A stretch of DNA of 58,308 nt, the filler included, from Basidiobolus meristosporus CBS 931.73 (Eukaryota > Fungi > Basidiobolomycota): the NCBI GenBank assembly GCA_002104905.1. It is 2 parts of 2 records of this genome, joined end to end, with 100 filler letters (N's around TTAATTAATTAA, not from the genome) between each part and the next. Parts side by side here need not be neighbours in the genome. Positions count along the whole stretch, not along the records: positions 1 to 27,918 come from MCFE01000893.1; 1 more part is not named here. The stretch is one strand, 5' to 3'. The notes beneath the pieces were generated by a model that searched no databases, was not told the DNA's origin, and was given only the letters and a program-made list of their open reading frames with translations. Of the stretch, positions 11,501 to 22,200 are shown piece after piece. How positions within the stretch are numbered: the first letter of the stretch is position 1; each line of letters opens with the position of its first letter. A program made the position numbers and the translations under genes.

Positions 11501-13015
11501 TACACTGACCACCGAGCCCTTGTCTATATCCACACTCAGAAGACTCTGACTCCAATGCTTACCAACTGGCTTGATACTCTACTTGATTATGAATATACAG
11601 TTATTCATTGCCCAGGAATTCTCAACATCCTTCCTGACCACCTGTCAAGACTTTTTCCAACTTCACCTTGGGAGGGACATGTGATTACTGATGTAATCAG
11701 TAAACTCTCTACAACTTCCAAAATAATTCCTCAACTGGATTCAGCAACTTGGAAAATCCCACCTGAAGAACAAAGGAAAACATTGATACAGAGGAGTCAT
11801 TTACTTGGCCACTTTGGAGCTGACACACTTATGAAGAAGCTACACTCTGATGGATATCACTGGCCAAATATCAAAGTTGACTGCTTAGAATTTGTCAAGT
11901 CCTGCAGAGAATGTCAACTTTACAATATCAGCCGCCATGGATTTCACCCTTTGAGCCACATCCATGCAAGCCTTCCTATGGATCATATTGCAATTGATCT
12001 AGCTGGACCTTTCACCACTAGTGATGATGGTAATCACTACCTCTTTGTAATTGTGGATGTCTGCACATGTTTTGTCTTCCTCAAAGCTATCCCAGACAAG
12101 TATGCTGCCACTATTGCACAAGAACTATTCAAGCTCTTCTGCCTTTTTGGATTCCCTATGGTCATTCAATTGGATAATGGAACAGAATTTGTGAATCACG
12201 TGATCAAAGCCCTTTGCCAGAATAGCGCCATTGATCACCGTCTGATCACTCCATATCATCCCAAAGCTAATGGACTGGCTGAAAGACATGTTCAGACCTC
12301 AATGAACATCATCAGGAAATCTATCAAAGGTATCAAGAAGAATTGGGACAAGTACATTCCGACTGTACAATATGCTATCAACACCAAAATTGCCGCTCTA
12401 CATGGATCAACACCATTTTTCTTGATGTTTGGAAGAAGATACAACCACTTTGGAGACTACCAGAATACAGAGTTAGCAAGTTTGAATACAGATAAGCTAA
12501 AGAACCGGCTTGAGTACCTTACCAACATTGTCTACCCTGCTATCAGTGCCAGAAGTAAGGCCTCTCAGCAAAAGATGACTTCAACGTATGCCTCAAGACA
12601 CAGGAACAGCAGCTTCCCAGATGGGTCATATGTCATGACACTAGATCCAATCCGGCAATCTAAGCTTGACCCCAAGTATGAAGGACCATTCAAGGTTGTC
12701 AGACGCACTACTGGAGGATCTTATGTACTTCAGGATAACACTGGAGCACTGCTACCCAAAAACTTTCCACCTTCTTCACTCAAACTTATTTCTCAAGACC
12801 CAGTAACTTCAGAATCCTATGAAGTTGAAGCTATTGTGGACCATGATGGAGAAGAACCAAATTGCCTTTATTTAGTCAAGTGGAAAGGCTATGATGCCAA
12901 ACACAACACCTGGGAACCTTACACCAACTTTGATGATGTTGCCATTATTGATCAGTATTGGAGCCGCAGAGGAACCCAGAAGGTATCAAAAAACTCCTCT
13001 TCCGGAAGGAAGTGA
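8531..13015 (+). CDS. Gag-Pol polyprotein with chromodomain (1494 aa)
   Basis: CCHC knuckle CFKCGNRGHRSPAC; protease LLDTGSS; RT FVDDVII; RNase H TDASNVGLGAVL; integrase HHCC plus IAIDLAG/QLDNGTEF/LAERHV; GPF motif; chromodomain YEVEAIVDH..YLVKWKGY..NTWEP. Confidence 0.97.
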   Translation: MSSAASNPNLSMFEEARRNQEELTEQLENIMLERNTMMLEHSKLAQTRSDNHRRDELLEVISGYQDEIGIIKEALENIAIVIDSIENPPSLALHQPPRSHAFESSRSTSPSRPAPVVVPRSLPVYAEGTNAIKNPTEFLYKFSHILAAHQLDPDTNWARLLPLCLTMQDADWVEVNIPSNSTWKIAQNLFCSHFEDPLKKAHLNCNLWKTKMQKGESVQHFCDRFQRQMRLAGVSDDNPLLTAHFLSNFSHQLQSNIAIVKACNPARTYDQISEICTLAITLTAAVSQTSGSSTQYPTTAGKETSHVTKKQSTATKHCELHGKCYHSTSECKGITKQSNKSGNTAEKQQNTNTDNPYADDKCFKCGNRGHRSPACPEKNSTPSAKITQILDDHSANDTMGYEEAYEELTVQDYHNLFEFPAKIATVQEKKQPITQLKAIEVPLTLNGQSYVALLDTGSSNSIVSPNVVRELNLEIEKRPGKIILAAKDLSAPRIGITNPINIHCGSVTIIHQMEVIDIPDGPQVVIGLDTFTKLGFHIGRLPVSYPGITKSQPLIMDQIPEIISSQPEEEELTPTFQEYSQSVKLDIQPAIERNQAIPRNSFCTIPESIVTLETPPGESTWRRQYPIPHSCQHLVDEIVQKWADNGIITQAPVNTTFNSPLTLAPKKDADGNLTLKRPCLDPRPLNKLLQDDKFPIPRIQDIFSALSGAKVFSKLDLKDAYHRFQIHPDHQHKTAFTWNNMQWMFQGAPFGLKTLTSKFQRVMTIILKNAPYALVFVDDVIIFSTNRDDHATHVTDVINILTTAGLILNAEKCSFACLKINLLGFIVTPAGHQLDPFKLVNIPEWPKPTSAKQLQHYLGVFNYFREHIPLLSSLSAPLDALRHRPDLTSAWNKTHDQAFESLCQLLPQAPTLSYPDFTKPFVVATDASNVGLGAVLYQDEDQNPPHWISFQARSLQPAERNYSATKKELLAIVFALKKFHQYLWGNPFTLYTDHRALVYIHTQKTLTPMLTNWLDTLLDYEYTVIHCPGILNILPDHLSRLFPTSPWEGHVITDVISKLSTTSKIIPQLDSATWKIPPEEQRKTLIQRSHLLGHFGADTLMKKLHSDGYHWPNIKVDCLEFVKSCRECQLYNISRHGFHPLSHIHASLPMDHIAIDLAGPFTTSDDGNHYLFVIVDVCTCFVFLKAIPDKYAATIAQELFKLFCLFGFPMVIQLDNGTEFVNHVIKALCQNSAIDHRLITPYHPKANGLAERHVQTSMNIIRKSIKGIKKNWDKYIPTVQYAINTKIAALHGSTPFFLMFGRRYNHFGDYQNTELASLNTDKLKNRLEYLTNIVYPAISARSKASQQKMTSTYASRHRNSSFPDGSYVMTLDPIRQSKLDPKYEGPFKVVRRTTGGSYVLQDNTGALLPKNFPPSSLKLISQDPVTSESYEVEAIVDHDGEEPNCLYLVKWKGYDAKHNTWEPYTNFDDVAIIDQYWSRRGTQKVSKNSSSGRK

Positions 13016-13712
13016 TGTTGTGCATCAACATTTAAAACTTAGCCAATTTTACTCCGTTTGAAAATCTAGTATGCTAACTGATTTTCCCTAACCCAAACAT
13101 AACAAATCCCAGTTACAGCTTATTTTATCCCACCTCAGAATCTATTTTTAGCTATCACACCTGATCTATTTTCAAATGGTCATTACGTTATCAACCTATC
13201 TGCCAAGCCTTCCCAGGTGATTAGTCATCTGAGATCTATCCAACCACGGTGCAGTTGCCAAGACATCAGTTGATTGATGATGTAATTTTCATTTATCTTA
13301 TGCACCTATGAACACCCAAATTTATCTCAATCAATCCAGTCCCTTGGCGCTTACTAATTCAACTTGATCAGAAAAGTATAAATAAAGTTTACTGAACCTT
13401 TTGGTTTAGTGTGTGTCTCAACGAAATTAAGATTCTGTCTCAGCAAAAATAAGAATCCAACAATTTTGTTCCAGTTTCTATCCAAGCCTAGTATATCTAG
13501 CACTCCAAAGAACACCAAGCCTAGCCTGCCTAGCAAACAAATATCATTGCCTTTATAGCCAACCCAGCTATATCCAAGACCAATATTAGATCAGAATCTT
13601 TCTGCTAATATTTCCGCCACTCTCTGACAATTCTAAGATTCTGCACTTAATTGTCCCTTTGGTTCAGTTAAACCATTCAAGAGCTTTATTACACTTTCTC
13701 TTGGATACAACA
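13016..13712 (+). repeat. 3' LTR of chromovirus
   Basis: Starts immediately after the TGA stop of the ORF; matches 7794-8490. Confidence 0.95.
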
Positions 13713-16700
13713 CAGTGCAGAGAGACTGAAGACGTGTATTTGGTAGTCAACACCTATGGCACTTGAAGTTTAGCTAGTACAATCAAATCCAGATGATGTC
13801 ATGCATTTTTGTGACATGCTGCAAACCTCTGCTGCTAGATTCAGAGTGCCACAGGTATTGAGTACCAAATGTATGTCTTCAGTCCTGCTGCACTCTTGCA
13901 CATTATGCACAGCATTGATCCCAGAAAAAAAGTCAAAAAATGGATTTTCTCCAGCCCAATGGGTAAAACACAGGTGATTCTTTGTATGAAGGTGTAGAAT
14001 TTTGCTTCTCATTTTGTGGCAAAGTATTGGTTAACTATGACACTATGGTACACTGAGGTACTATCTGGCACTCATGGCACAATGTGGCACTATCTAATAG
14101 AGCAAGTCTAATGTATTGCTTCTCCCTGCTGTACTCTAGTCACTCTAACATTTGTTTTGGTATCATTGCAAACTTCAATTGAATTGCAAGCTCCTTGAAT
14201 GAAAGTTTTAGATTTGCTTAATTTGCATTGGTAAACAGCATTCCAATGTTATTCTCCAGTAGATCCATTTGAATTCCAGTACTTCCAATCCACATATAAA
14301 GCTACATTGGAAGGCCATTTGAATATTGAGTGTTCAGTTCATCAAGATAACTTTGGCATCCTAGAACAGTTTCAAACGCATGGTTTTGAAACATCTTACA
14401 ATTGACACACAAGGTCTGAGCTTAAAATGAGGGAGTTAGTATGGGACCATAGGCCAGTCAAAAATGACAAAGTTAAGACAGTAAATATGCCTTAGCATGG
14501 CAAAGGCTAGTCCATAGCTATTAGGTAAGCTCTTAGCTACTTATAACTTATGAGCATGATTCAAAGTACTCATAAAAAGTTGTTGACAAAAGTAGAGTCA
14601 TAAGAAGCTACATGTCTATAAGTAGCTATTCACAACTACTTCTCTTCATAAGTAGCAAGAATGTCTGCTAATATGCCATCCCAACTTAATCTAGGAGCAT
14701 TTGCAATTTTTCCAGTTTTAGAATTTTGTGGTCTTGATGCATATGCTTAAACCAAAATCTGAAATGACTTGAAATTTCATCAACATCCATGAAAGTACCA
14801 GATTGACACCTGATATGTATACATTGGAATACAATTGGAAAGTTGCAAGCAACCAAAAGCCATCAATACCATTGGAAATGATTTAGGATACTTGGAAGCG
14901 TTTTTTATGACATTTAGATTACTCCTTTGACAAAACTAATACAAGACCAGTGTGAATCTTTCTAATGTTATTTCTGTATTTGACTCAGCAACATAAGTTA
15001 ACTCTTTATCTTTGTTTTTGGAAGAATCAAACTTGCAAAGGGGCAGAAAGTATTGAAGAAATTAGGAGGAATGGTACAATATTTAAGTGCTGCAACTACA
15101 GCAGGAATAGCTTATATGTTGTTACAAACAGGCTTCAGTTTTTATAGTTTTAATGGCGCAAAGTTGATTGTAAAGCTCACTTGTGTATTTATTATTGTTG
15201 TCCACTAATTATTTGACATTACAACCTTTGTTTTTTTCATTGGGGTTGGGTTTGTGTAAAAGCATCATTTACTTCTCTTCCGAAGAGTACATATTGGGAG
15301 TGGGGCTAATAAAGAAGCTGCTGCTTGTAATAATTAAAGTAGCAGGTAGAGCATCATAGTACTCCACATATTATTTTATTTTTAAGCTTTGAATAACATA
15401 TTTGGCATTGTTACCTTTGCCCCACCAAGTGGAAAAGGTTTTGCATGCCATATAGCCCTCTATCAACAATGCATATGCCATGAGAAAAAATCTAAATGCT
15501 GGGTTTTCAAAAAGATTTTTTCCAAAATAATCAAGAGATCAGATAACATATGTTAAGGCAGTTTATCAATCATTATGGTAGCAGCTTTTATAGATATATC
15601 ATCAGAAGAATCAGATTTACTAAAAAAACCTTGACTAAGATCTTTGACACCATGTTGGTGAGCAACAATGCTAAGCTTGCAGTTAAGTTTATTACTTAAA
15701 GTGCTGTTAAGCTGTGTGAGACAGATATTGCTAAGTATTCATGGTGTTCAAATCAAATCCTTGCACAAGACATCCAGAAATAAACAGCAGCTTTGTAGCA
15801 TGTCCTAATATTTATGACAAATAGGCACCTACCCTTGTCACAAGGATTGGTAAAGGTGATATTACCAGCAAGACAATTGCAAGTAGGTTGGGAAAAAGAT
15901 CTTCCAGGTGTAAATCTTCAGCCTGGAGCTCTTAATAGTTAATACCTTGTGTCAAAATTGACTGTGTTACCAAAGAAGAAAAGTATTCTTAGGATGGTAT
16001 GATTTCTGCAACCAGATAACTCAAAAGTAGTAATAGTGTGTAAAGTGCTTTATAATCATGTTTATAATGTAACAGGGGTGGCACTTGTAATAGGGTTAGG
16101 GCTAATGCTGGTGTTGGAGTATAGGAGGAATCTATTTGGGGCAATATCAGTGAAAAGAAAGTTGGATTAAAGTATATGATGGAATGTCCAGGGCCAAAAG
16201 TGATGCTAAGACAATGGGTATCCCAGAAGATGCTTGTGATAATTGTAGCAATTATGGTAGTGGTGAATTTTAAACATTTTTGACAAATCATGGGATATTA
16301 TGGCAAGAATTTAAAAGGGAGCTACTCAAGTCAGTATAAATACAAAGATGGGAGCTAAAATACTAATTGCATCAATAAGGAGTATGCAATAAATTTAAAC
16401 CATCTTCAAGCAAGATGCCCATATTGATATATTTATTTCTGTCTGATGAGGATTGTAAAGTTCATCTGTTAAATTTGCTAAATAGGATATATTGTTCTGG
16501 CAAGCAAGGCCTTTCCCTTTAAGGAAGACACTAAGAGAAGACAGAGGTCATATGTGAAGGAAATCATGTTGACAAATTGTTAATTGTGCTATATGCAGAG
16601 GGTTTAAGCTTTGTGAAAATGAGTAATCCCAGCAAGGAGTCCAGATCAATAAGGAGCATACTACATGATAGTTGTATTGAAGCTATGATCCTTACACTTA

Positions 16701-16989
16701 TAGCATAAAGGAGTTATGCTGAGGATCCACATATACCTGGGTGTGTATTACACTATTTCAATTGATCACATATCAGCATTCATGCAGTGAATTTACAGTT
16801 TCAGAATTATGATGGGTGATAGTTAAGCCTGATTTGTTTATCTAGTGCACTAGATATGATCCAGAAATCCTATAACTAATGAATAATATAGTGCTTATGC
16901 TTGTGAAAGCAGCAGAAACATCCATGAGAAACCACATACACACATGCAACAACAACATTACTGTAAATAGTGAGGTCAACTTCCTTGCA

Positions 16990-17350
16990 GTTGGAACAAG
17001 AAGAAGTGGCCCCAAGGGCCAATTTAAGAGTTATAATTGGTGCAGGTGATCATGGAACTGTCTATTTGCACTGGCAATCAAGCTCTAGGATGAAATATTA
17101 CATCAAAAGCAACAGCAATATATCAGTGCTGGTATGGTTGATATATGGAACTGGAAAGTGCCAAATCTGGTTGTGCAGTTTGATAATACAAATGAGATAT
17201 TTTCTATCCTCTTTAGGATGAAGCCTCTATTACCAGCTACAAACTAGAGTATGGTAGTTTGTAATACCATATGAAGCCTACAAAGATGCAAACAGAAGAT
17301 CTGAGTATGCAACAAAGATATTGGTGAAAGCAAGTTATGTCTAGATTGGA
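16990..17350 (+). pseudogene. Possible decayed DDE integrase core
   Basis: Frame reading ...DIWNWKVPNLVVQFDNTNEIF... resembles G.P..(I/V)QSDNG.EF; full of stops. Confidence 0.25.
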
Positions 17351-19120
17351 AGGAAATATATGCTCTGAGTCAATTTTAGAATGCAGGAAACACTAAGAGA
17401 CATAGCCTCAGTGGGAGTACAATACCCATATCAGGAATGCAAAGAAACTAGTAGAAATACCATTGAGGGCACTAGTCCAAAAGAGGAAACTTAGGTCAAC
17501 TGGTGAAGATTAAGACACATACAATAATGACCCTTTATTGGGTCTAGTAGATACTACATGGAATGTATGTGCAAAGTTATAATTCAGCTCCAGATATAAA
17601 TATCAGGAGAATAGTCTAAGTAAATTAAACTATATACCAGATACATATATAGCCCAGACCTACTGGAATGAGACTAAATCCTAACTTTGCCAATTATTGG
17701 CCAATTGTGCTCACTTGACAGACAGCAGAAAGCCTGAAAGCACAGCTACCTAATGGTAGTAGGTATGTCATGATATGACCTGTACCTCAGATATTTTACT
17801 CCCATCTAGTGGAGTATACTCTTTCATAAATCTTTTGAGATGAGATCCAAGTTCAGACTCAAAGAAATCTGATATGAGGTATGTAGTTAATAGTGTTGGC
17901 TAATTTCTAGTTATTACAGATAATTTGCAATCTCTAATATATATCAGAAAATATACTAGTCAAATAGGCTAGATGGCTAACTGCATGTTTATTTTCAACC
18001 AGAAAATACATAACACCACTGCAAGTTCATAGGCATATGGGCGTTGTAGTGGGGTGACAGTGACACCCACTAACAGATGTGCTCATTCCCTTATTTTCTA
18101 CTTCCCTATATCCCTACTACACTCATTTTAGTTTTATCCCATTTGTCTTACCCAATCAGTACTATCCCATAAGCCGGTTGACTATCACACCTGCTTACCT
18201 TATTGCATAAGTTACCCCTCACTTTATGTAAGATTACTAGTTACAAGTGCTTCTATATTAGGCAAGTACCCGCGCCAGTACCCGTGACACATGATCAACC
18301 CGTGTCACCATCCCTACCATTTCCATACCATATATGGTATCCCCATGTTACACAGGTTTCAGAATACTGATTCCTGATTGGTTGGATGTGCTGTGCCTCT
18401 TAGAACCTTCCGGCACCTACTTAGAACATTCTTAGGTCATTCTGATGTCATCAAGATTTCTATTGAACTCCGGAACCTTCTGGAACACCATGATTAGTAA
18501 TCACTTAGCCAGTGAAGAAAAGTATATAAGGGAGGCTATCCCTCAACAATAAATCATCATCCCTTTTATCAATATACCGACTTGTTGATTAGTGTGATCA
18601 CTGCTACCTGCTGCTACCTGAACTTCCAACCCTAGACCACAGGACACTCCCAGGAAACCGCGCTGACAGCCAACTGACCTTGGAGGCACTACTTGTGAGG
18701 AATACTCAGAGTAGGTATCTTTTATTATATTTGATTCTTTCCCAAGTTTGTTCTTGTACAGGCAAAGATACTTTTCTGTCTTTGTAACTATTGACCAAAG
18801 CTGCATTCTTATCAAGTCCCTGCTGGTGGAGTTTACAGTTGTTTTGACTTTGGAAGCTTTAGTACATTGTCATCTCAAAGGACGCTGAACCCAGCACATA
18901 CTTTTGTTAAGACGCCAACTAAGTTGGGGATTGTAGCTCAATAGTTTTCCCTTGACAAGCTTGTGGCTTTATTCCCCTTCACATTAGATTAGAGACAGAA
19001 CCCAAGTATTCCTAGCAAGCTTTTGCCAGAGGTTATCGCACCCAGTGAACACCCCACACACAAAACACTTGAGAAGTGTTGGACGTATCTCTCCCTTGGA
19101 CTTATACACCACCACAAATT

Positions 19121-19137
19121 TGGCACCCAATGTGGGG
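19121..19137 (+). promoter_or_regulatory. Primer-binding site, tRNA-Lys type
   Basis: TGGCACCCAATGTGGGG here and TGGCACCCAACGTGGGG at 25205 versus the Lys1,2 PBS TGGCGCCCAACGTGGGG; differences are CpG-type transitions. Confidence 0.8.
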
Positions 19138-19235
19138 GGTTCATACAAGCTCCCTAGGACCCAACAAGATTTACCTGAAGATTTGAGCTGTTATCCACCT
19201 ATTGAAAAGAGACTACCAATATTACAAAGACTAAC

Positions 19236-22200
19236 ATGAACTCTATGCCATTACCACTCTCACATGGAGCCCCACAGTTTGATGGAAAGAATGTGGAAAG
19301 CTTCATATTCAAATGGGAGAAGCTCTGCAAGATGTGCAGTCTATCTGAACAAGAAATGGCTGAAGACTTCCCCTACTACTGCACCGATGATATTACCACT
19401 AAGCTTCTCAGACAAGGAGACATTCTCACTGACTGGGCCTTAATGAAGACCTACCTACAGACCGAGTATGGTAGACCCCAGATATACTATGGAATTGAAG
19501 ATCTCAGGCACTTTGGAAGAACTGGACTTTCCAAGCTACCACTTGAAGAGTTCATTCAACAGTATGAAGATATGGCCAAGCCACTCCTAGAGTCCCAGGC
19601 TATAACTGAGTTTACCATGACACTTTACCTTGCACAAGGGCTTCCCCAGGACTTGGCAAGGAAAGTTGACTTACATGCTGCCAAGGATGACAAGTCTGGC
19701 ATTCCTTGCTTTGCAGAGATGAAACGTGTTCTCCTAGAGGCAAAGCAAACTTCTACCTTTATGAGACTCCTGACATCTAATCTGCCAGACCAGTCAACCA
19801 AGGAGCCAAGGAGTGCTGCTGCTGACAATCAGACCTACACTACCGACAGAATTGACCAACTTGCTGAACAGTTACAAAAGCTAGCCCTCAAGATTAATGG
19901 CTCAGCTGAGGTTCCTACTGAGGGACAAAGACCTTTGCCCAGGCACTGCATCTGGTGTGACTCTACTCAGCATGCCAGACAAGAATGCTCAGAGCTTAGT
20001 CAGCTACTCAGAGAAGGAGCAGTACAGTTTGATGCTGATGGAATGCTTGCTGACAAGGAAGGAAGAAGGATTCCCACTAATTTCCGAAGAGGAGGGATGA
20101 GAGCCCTTTTCCAGAAATCTGACTCAGCAACCAGAAAGATTACTGTTGATGCCCCTATTGGGACTCATAAAGTGAATCCAAGCAGCTCTGACAACAGACA
20201 ATATGAAGTTGATGCCTTTGCTACCAAAAGACACCTCCCTGAAGAACCTGCCAAACCCATCCTTAGAAGACCACGATTTGAAGAACCTGAAGTTGTTATT
20301 GACAAGAGGCCTAGTATGCTGCCCACCCAAGATCCATTGCCTCACTTTCAGATGACCTCAAAGATAACAAGCTACTCAAGCCCTCAACTGATTACTGAGA
20401 AGCTGCTGAAGCAGAACCTCACTTTGTCGGTTGGAGAAATCATGAGTGTATCCCCATCTGTTAGGAAGACCTTTGATGAGCAGCTTAGAACAAGACGACA
20501 AGCTGTTGAACATATGGACACCCATATAATTCACACAAACCATGAAGACCACCAAAAAGATGACAACACTACTGAGTATAAGACCTTTTACTCAGTTGCA
20601 ACTGCTGTGGTGAAAGGATATATATATGATGACCCTGTTGACTGCCATATTGACAGTGGCTCAGAGATTTGTGTTATGCCGCTAGACTTCTGGAAGACAC
20701 TTAGAAGCAAGGAGCTACTGCCTGTTGATAGAGATATTGGATGGAACATGACTGATGCAAACTCAGGATCTAGTCCACTCTACGGTGTAGTGCACAAGTT
20801 CCCTATTGAGGTACAAGGAATCAAGGTCTGGCTTCCCCTCTTCATCTGCCAGAAGGCAAACTTTGACCTTCTGCTAGGTAGACCATGGGAAACCAGTACT
20901 AAGGCTACAACTACCAACTATTCCGATGGGTCAGTATGGTACACCATACAAGGATCCAATCCAGGACTACAGTCAACCTTCTGTGGTGTAACACCCAACA
21001 ATAAGAGGACACATACTGCTTGCCAGAAGACACATCTTGTTATGGAAGAAGATGAAGAGCCTGACAATATACACCCCAACATTTGGAGCTGCTCATTAGG
21101 TATACAGGAGCAAACAGCTATGGTTCGAACAAAATACAAGACAGTAGAACAGAAGATCAGACCATCACTTACACCTTTGACTGATGGATCCCAACCTGCT
21201 GATTACATTAGACCACCAGAAGAAACACCAGATGATACACGACTTACACCTGAGAGACTTAAGCAACTTATCATTGGTGATGGAAACCTTACACCAGAGG
21301 AGATACTATTATTTAAGGAGACCTTGAAAAGGCATGATAAGGTCTTCTCATATAATGACAAGGAGATGGGACTCTTAAAGACATCGGTTGAAAAACCCAT
21401 CAAGATTCATACAGTGCCCCACACACCCTGGTCATTTAAGCCTTACCCACTGCCCAGAGGACTCCAAGCTGATGTGCATGACCTACTTAAGAAGAAGATA
21501 GAAGCTGGTATCCTAGAACCTTGCCATGGGCCCTATGCTAACAGATGGTTTGTAACCAAAAAGAAGAATGGAAAGCTCCGATTCATTCAAGACATGCAAC
21601 CTGCAAATGCTGTCACTATCAGAGATGCTGCTATACCTCCATCTATTGATGACTTTGCAGAAAGCTTTAGTGGCCACTCCATCTACTCAACATACGATCT
21701 CTACTCAGGATATGACCAGATTCCCCTTGATGAGACATCAAGAGATATGTTTGCACTACAGACACCATTTGGACTATTAAGGATGACAAGACTCAGCCAA
21801 GGGGCTACAAACTCCGTGGCTCAGTTCCAGAGATGCATGGTGAATGTGCTATACCAGTTTATACCTGAGAAACTTGCTGTCTTTGTGGATGACATAGGCA
21901 TCAAAGGATCAAAATTCCGGGACACCACTGAAGTTATGCCTGGAGTAAGAAAGTTTGTCTATGACCATATTGCAGACAATGATGCCATACTAGGAGCCAT
22001 TGAAGAAGCTGGACTCACCATCAGTGGTGAGAAAAGCAGCTTTGGTGTATCAGAGATATCCATTGTTGGACAAAAATGCAACACCTTTGGTCGCTCACCT
22101 GGAGACTCCAAGACACAAAAGATATGCAACTGGCCTACCCCCACAAATCTAACACAAGCTCGTGGCTTTGTGGCAGCTTGTGGGTTCTTTAGGATCTGGA

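Larger units (their letters stand above)
7794..13712 (+). mobile_element. Full-length Ty3/gypsy chromovirus LTR retrotransposon
   Basis: Two 697-bp LTRs (TGTTGT...ACAACA), perfect 5-bp TSD CAGTG (7789-7793, 13713-13717), single gag-pol ORF, purine tract GGAAGGAAG just before the 3' LTR. Confidence 0.97.
7578..14109. mobile_element. Foldback MITE copy 1 (~608 bp reconstituted), split by the chromovirus
   Basis: Ends AGACTTGTGCC (7578) and GAGCAAGTCT (14109), both flanked by AAT. 7578-7793 joined to 13718-14109 is colinear with the palindromic element at 39268-40001. Confidence 0.8.

Noticed and set aside
14110-16900. AT-rich stretch with faint hAT-like phrases (LVSNNAK, SWCSNQIL)
   Set aside because: Too degenerate; no termini or continuous frame to support a call.
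18543-18815. 90-aa ORF MIRMQLWSIVTK present three times (also 24627-24899, 35569-35841)
   Set aside because: Antisense frame inside near-identical family-B LTRs; the repetition reflects LTR identity, and there is no domain or start context.
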